Source: Candidatus Latescibacterota bacterium (GTDB taxonomy: Bacteria; Krumholzibacteriota; Krumholzibacteriia; WVZY01; JAKEHA01). From it: DNA of 64,000 bases. The notes under the pieces were generated by a model. The model saw only the letters and a list, made by a program, of their open reading frames with translations, searched no databases and was not told where the DNA came from. A program made the position numbers and the translations under genes. Shown piece by piece: positions 60,996 through 64,000 of this stretch (the first letter of the stretch is position 1; every line of letters starts with the position of its first letter). The DNA is taken from NCBI GenBank assembly GCA_963707635.1, contig OY970173.1, positions 2,176,001 to 2,240,000 of the forward strand, read 5' to 3'.

Positions 60996-61553
60996 TTACT
61001 TGTACAGCGCCTTGACGGCACCCCAGGTAGAGTTCTCCGTGGGCAGGGTTCCCTCCACGATGAATTCGAGGGAATAGTACTGAATGATGGCGTTCAGTTG
61101 CTGGATGATGAAACAGTAATCACCGGGGCCGAGCTTCGGTTCAGTCAACGCATACGTCGTCACCGACCGGTCCACGAAGCGCGGCAGGATATCGGTTCCT
61201 GCATCCGCACCCTCGACGTGGATACCGGCCAGGAAGAAAGCGTTCGTGGAACCGCTCGGGACGTAGCCCGTCGTGCCCGCGTTGAACGCGGCGAACCCGA
61301 GGTTGTTCGGCGAATATACCGGCAGGTTCAACCCGCTGAGCACCTGGCCCGGGGCGATCGTGAACCGGAGGAAGTCCCGGTCCCCGGACGTGGTCGTCCC
61401 GATGACGGTGTTCCCGCCCAGGGCAAACGCCAGCAGGGTCGGGGTCGCGGCAGTGCTCGAGAGGTCCCCGTTGATCGATTCGTCGTGGATCACGGCAGCG
61501 CTCGCGGGCGCCGCGAAAGCAGCCAGCAAGACAACAAGCGCACAGATTTTCAT
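60996..61553 (-). CDS. Secreted protein with C-terminal TWGAVKALYK tail (copy 2)
   Basis: SD AAGGAG, signal peptide ending ASA/AA; paralog of copy 1. Confidence 0.88.
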   Translation of the reverse strand: MKICALVVLLAAFAAPASAAVIHDESINGDLSSTAATPTLLAFALGGNTVIGTTTSGDRDFLRFTIAPGQVLSGLNLPVYSPNNLGFAAFNAGTTGYVPSGSTNAFFLAGIHVEGADAGTDILPRFVDRSVTTYALTEPKLGPGDYCFIIQQLNAIIQYYSLEFIVEGTLPTENSTWGAVKALYK

Positions 61554-61711
61554 GGCAACGCTCCTTGATGCGTAAGCGAGTTGTGGGGGGTCGGCCGGCG
61601 TGGGAGGAATCCGCGCCACGCGCCCCGCATGCGGCCCTGAGTTCGCCAGACAATTATAGCAGTTTCGGGATCACTCTTGGGACTGGATGCCGTGAACATG
61701 CCGGATTAGTT

Positions 61712-61740
61712 TTGCGAACGTCCAGCAGCCGTGCTAGATT
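61712..61740 (+). promoter_or_regulatory. Sigma70-type promoter for the DUF3467 gene
   Basis: TTGCGA-N17-TAGATT with extended TG. Confidence 0.55.
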
Positions 61741-61801
61741 CAGTCCCTGCCTGACGACGGGTGTCTCGAGGAACAAGACCCAACCCGAAGGAGTCCCCGG
61801 T

Positions 61802-62119
61802 ATGAACGCGGAACAGCGGACCGTCAATATCGAGATCGGTGATAAAGAGTGGGAAGGGGTCTATTCGAACTTCGTCATCATCACCCACTCCACCTCGGAG
61901 TTCGTCGTCGATTTTGCGCGCATGCTCCCGGGCGCTCCGAAGGCGAAGGTTTTCTCTCGCATCCTCATGACTCCCCAGAATGCCAAGGCACTCCTCACCA
62001 CGCTCGAGCAGAATATCAAGCGCTTCGAGTCCGAGAACGGAGAGATCAAGCTCAGCCCCGGGGATCTCACCCGGGGACCGATCGGTTTCCAGCCCCAGCC
62101 GCCCTCGAAAAAGGATTAG
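61802..62119 (+). CDS. DUF3467 family protein
   Basis: EGVYSNFVIITHS.SEFVVDF, RILMTPQNAK; SD GAAGGAG. Confidence 0.85.
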   Translation: MNAEQRTVNIEIGDKEWEGVYSNFVIITHSTSEFVVDFARMLPGAPKAKVFSRILMTPQNAKALLTTLEQNIKRFESENGEIKLSPGDLTRGPIGFQPQPPSKKD

Positions 62120-62158
62120 GGTCCGGCCCCTGACCGCTGGTACCGAAGCGGTTCCCGC

Positions 62159-63058
62159 TTATACCGTCGAGGCCGTCTTCCAGCGCCGGTGCGGCCAGAA
62201 GTATTCCGTCGGGTGCCGGCGCACCTGCTCCGTGAGGCGATCCGTGCAGCGCCGGGTGAGGTCCAGCACGGCGGCGTCCTCGTCGAGCGCGGGGTCCGGA
62301 TACAGCGGCGGCTCGACGATCGCCCGGTGGCGGCCCTTCTCCCGAAAGATGAACACCGGCACCACGGGGCAGCCGCGGCGAACGGCAAACAGCGCCGGTC
62401 CGCGAACCGTGGAGGCGGGACGGCCCAGGAACTCGACCATGACACCACCCTTGCGTGCATCCTGATCGAACAGGAGTGCCACGAAGCGCCCTTGTGCCAG
62501 CGATTGCATCACCTTGCGCAGCGCCGCCGTCCGGGTGATGATCTCGGCTCCCTGCCGGCGGCGCAAGTCGTTCATGACGTCGTCGATCCGCTCGTTGGTC
62601 TGCTGGCCCACCAGGAAGTCCACCGGAAAGCCGTGCGCCACCAGCCCCGCCGGCCACAACTCCCAGTGGCCGAAATGCCCGGACGCCAGGATGGCACCCG
62701 TTCCCGCCGCGCGAACGCGCTCGAGGTGCTCCAGCCCTTCATAGTCCACGCTCGCGAGCAGTCTCCGACGATCGAGGTGCCGAAACGCCGCGAACTCCAT
62801 GAACGACCGTCCGAGGTTCGCGTACGAGGCGCGTCCGATCGCGGCCGCGTCCCCGGCTGACACCCCGAGCGCGCGCGTGATGTTATCCACGCTCACCGCG
62901 CGGCGCATGCGCACGACGTCGAACGCGAAGCGCCCCACGCCCGCGCCGATCGCCGAGGCGAGCGTGAGCGGCAGCGCCCCCGCCATCCACATCGCGCCAC
63001 GAACCCCGGCGTACTCCACGAGTTGCCGGAACCGGCGGAGCCGGAGACGCACACTCAT
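62159..63058 (-). CDS. Lipid A late acyltransferase (LpxL/HtrB family)
   Basis: HFGHWE, DQD, FLGRPA, EYFWPHRRWK. Confidence 0.9.
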   Translation of the reverse strand: MSVRLRLRRFRQLVEYAGVRGAMWMAGALPLTLASAIGAGVGRFAFDVVRMRRAVSVDNITRALGVSAGDAAAIGRASYANLGRSFMEFAAFRHLDRRRLLASVDYEGLEHLERVRAAGTGAILASGHFGHWELWPAGLVAHGFPVDFLVGQQTNERIDDVMNDLRRRQGAEIITRTAALRKVMQSLAQGRFVALLFDQDARKGGVMVEFLGRPASTVRGPALFAVRRGCPVVPVFIFREKGRHRAIVEPPLYPDPALDEDAAVLDLTRRCTDRLTEQVRRHPTEYFWPHRRWKTASTV

Positions 63059-64000
63059 AGGCTTCCCCTTGTTCTGCCCTGACGATCCACGCGCGTGAAG
63101 CGATCCAACGGATCGCGGGTCACATGCCCGTCAATCTCCAGCCGCGCGAGGATTCCCTGCGCCCGCTCCACGTCGATCGCCGCCGCCAGGGCGATTTCGT
63201 CGACGCTGGCGGCGTTCGCGGCGACGTCAAACACGCGCGCGGTGTCGACGTCGAACGCCGGCGCGTCGAGACGCTCCGCCCGGGCGGGCGCGGATGCCCG
63301 CGAGCCGGCGAACGCGGCCAGCGCCGCCACGTTCGCGATCACGTCGTCCGCGTCCTCCACCAGGAACGCGCCCTCGCGCAGCAGCCGATTCGGTCCGGCG
63401 CTGCGAAAATCGCCGGGAAATCCCGGGACCGCTCCCACCTCGCGCCCCTGATCGAGCGCCCAGCGTGCCGTGATCAGCGCCCCGCTGCGCACCCCCCCCT
63501 CGACCACCACCACCGCGTCGCACAACCCGCTGATGATGCGATTTCGCTTCGGAAATACGTGCGCGAGCGCCTGCATTCCGCACGCCTGCTCCGACAGGAC
63601 GCACCCGCGCTCCGCGACGCGTTGCATGAGGGCGCCGTTCTCCGGCGGGTAGACCACGTCGATGCCCGTGCCCAGCACGGCGATCGTGCCGCCGTCGACG
63701 TCGAGCGCGCCGCGGTGCGCCGCGGTATCGATGCCGCGCGCCAGCCCGCTCACCACCGTGATGCCGAGCATCGCGAGGCTTCGCGCCAGCCGCGTCGCCA
63801 ACACCGTCCCCGCCGCCGTCGGCTTGCGGGTCCCCACGATCGCCACCGCCGGCAGGTGCGCGATCGCCATGTCTCCACGCACGAACAGGAAGCCGGGTGG
63901 TGTCGGAACCGATCGCAGCCGCGCCGGATAATCGGGGCTCTCGATCGATACGATTCGCGCGGCGCAACGATCCATCGCCTGCTGCTGCCTGTCGACTTCC
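63055..64000 (-). CDS. dprA: DNA-processing protein (5' end beyond window)
   Basis: YP..L, AIVGTR, VSGLARGID, FPKRNRIISG, SGALIT; frame stays open to the window edge. Confidence 0.93.
   Translation of the reverse strand, partial: EVDRQQQAMDRCAARIVSIESPDYPARLRSVPTPPGFLFVRGDMAIAHLPAVAIVGTRKPTAAGTVLATRLARSLAMLGITVVSGLARGIDTAAHRGALDVDGGTIAVLGTGIDVVYPPENGALMQRVAERGCVLSEQACGMQALAHVFPKRNRIISGLCDAVVVVEGGVRSGALITARWALDQGREVGAVPGFPGDFRSAGPNRLLREGAFLVEDADDVIANVAALAAFAGSRASAPARAERLDAPAFDVDTARVFDVAANAASVDEIALAAAIDVERAQGILARLEIDGHVTRDPLDRFTRVDRQGRTRGSL

Larger units (their letters stand above)
60028..61570. repeat. Tandem duplication of a secreted-protein gene plus downstream non-coding DNA (about 60028-60715 and 60887-61570)
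   Basis: Ungapped 185-aa paralogs with about 37 differences by manual count; shared downstream hairpin. Confidence 0.9.

Noticed and set aside
60781..61077. Plus-strand 98-aa ORF in the duplicated spacer
   Set aside because: The frame is not preserved in the other copy and it overlaps the real gene antisense.
1..64000. CRISPR arrays, tRNA/rRNA genes, transposases, prophage or defence genes
   Set aside because: None seen; intergenic gaps are short and accounted for, and there are no regularly spaced repeats.

Overview
High-GC, gene-dense housekeeping region with about 63 CDSs, almost all on the minus strand, from a diderm LPS-producing bacterium. The LpxC-FabZ fusion, FCB-type unknowns and 'TWGAxKALY'-tailed secreted proteins suggest the FCB superphylum, possibly a Krumholzibacteriota/Latescibacterota-like lineage (inference). 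From left to right: a bacillithiol operon with a coupled methyltransferase and nadB; a sigma54-type lipoprotein gene; the lipid A/Bam cluster; clpC-mcsB-mcsA; lolD/lolCE, lysS, prfB (programmed frameshift), coaE, polA, nadD, bamD, rimO, a frameshifted ftsK; accC-pilT/U-accB-efp; an ECF sigma/anti-sigma pair; TPR proteins; a CxxCH lipoprotein plus FadL-like barrel; rnc and the fab/plsX/rpmF cluster; ndk-sucDC; a COG2403 (cDPGS/ArcE-like) NTPase; hldC/hldA; two tandem secreted paralogs; lpxL and dprA. No tRNA, rRNA, CRISPR or mobile element was seen. Best leads: a probable uncharacterised C-terminal sorting signal (TWGAxKALYK), a probable N-methyl-bacillithiol operon, a monoheme-lipoprotein/beta-barrel pair, an ArcE-like enzyme, and a recurring 27-bp IHF-like palindrome. 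All family assignments come from motif recognition, not database searches.
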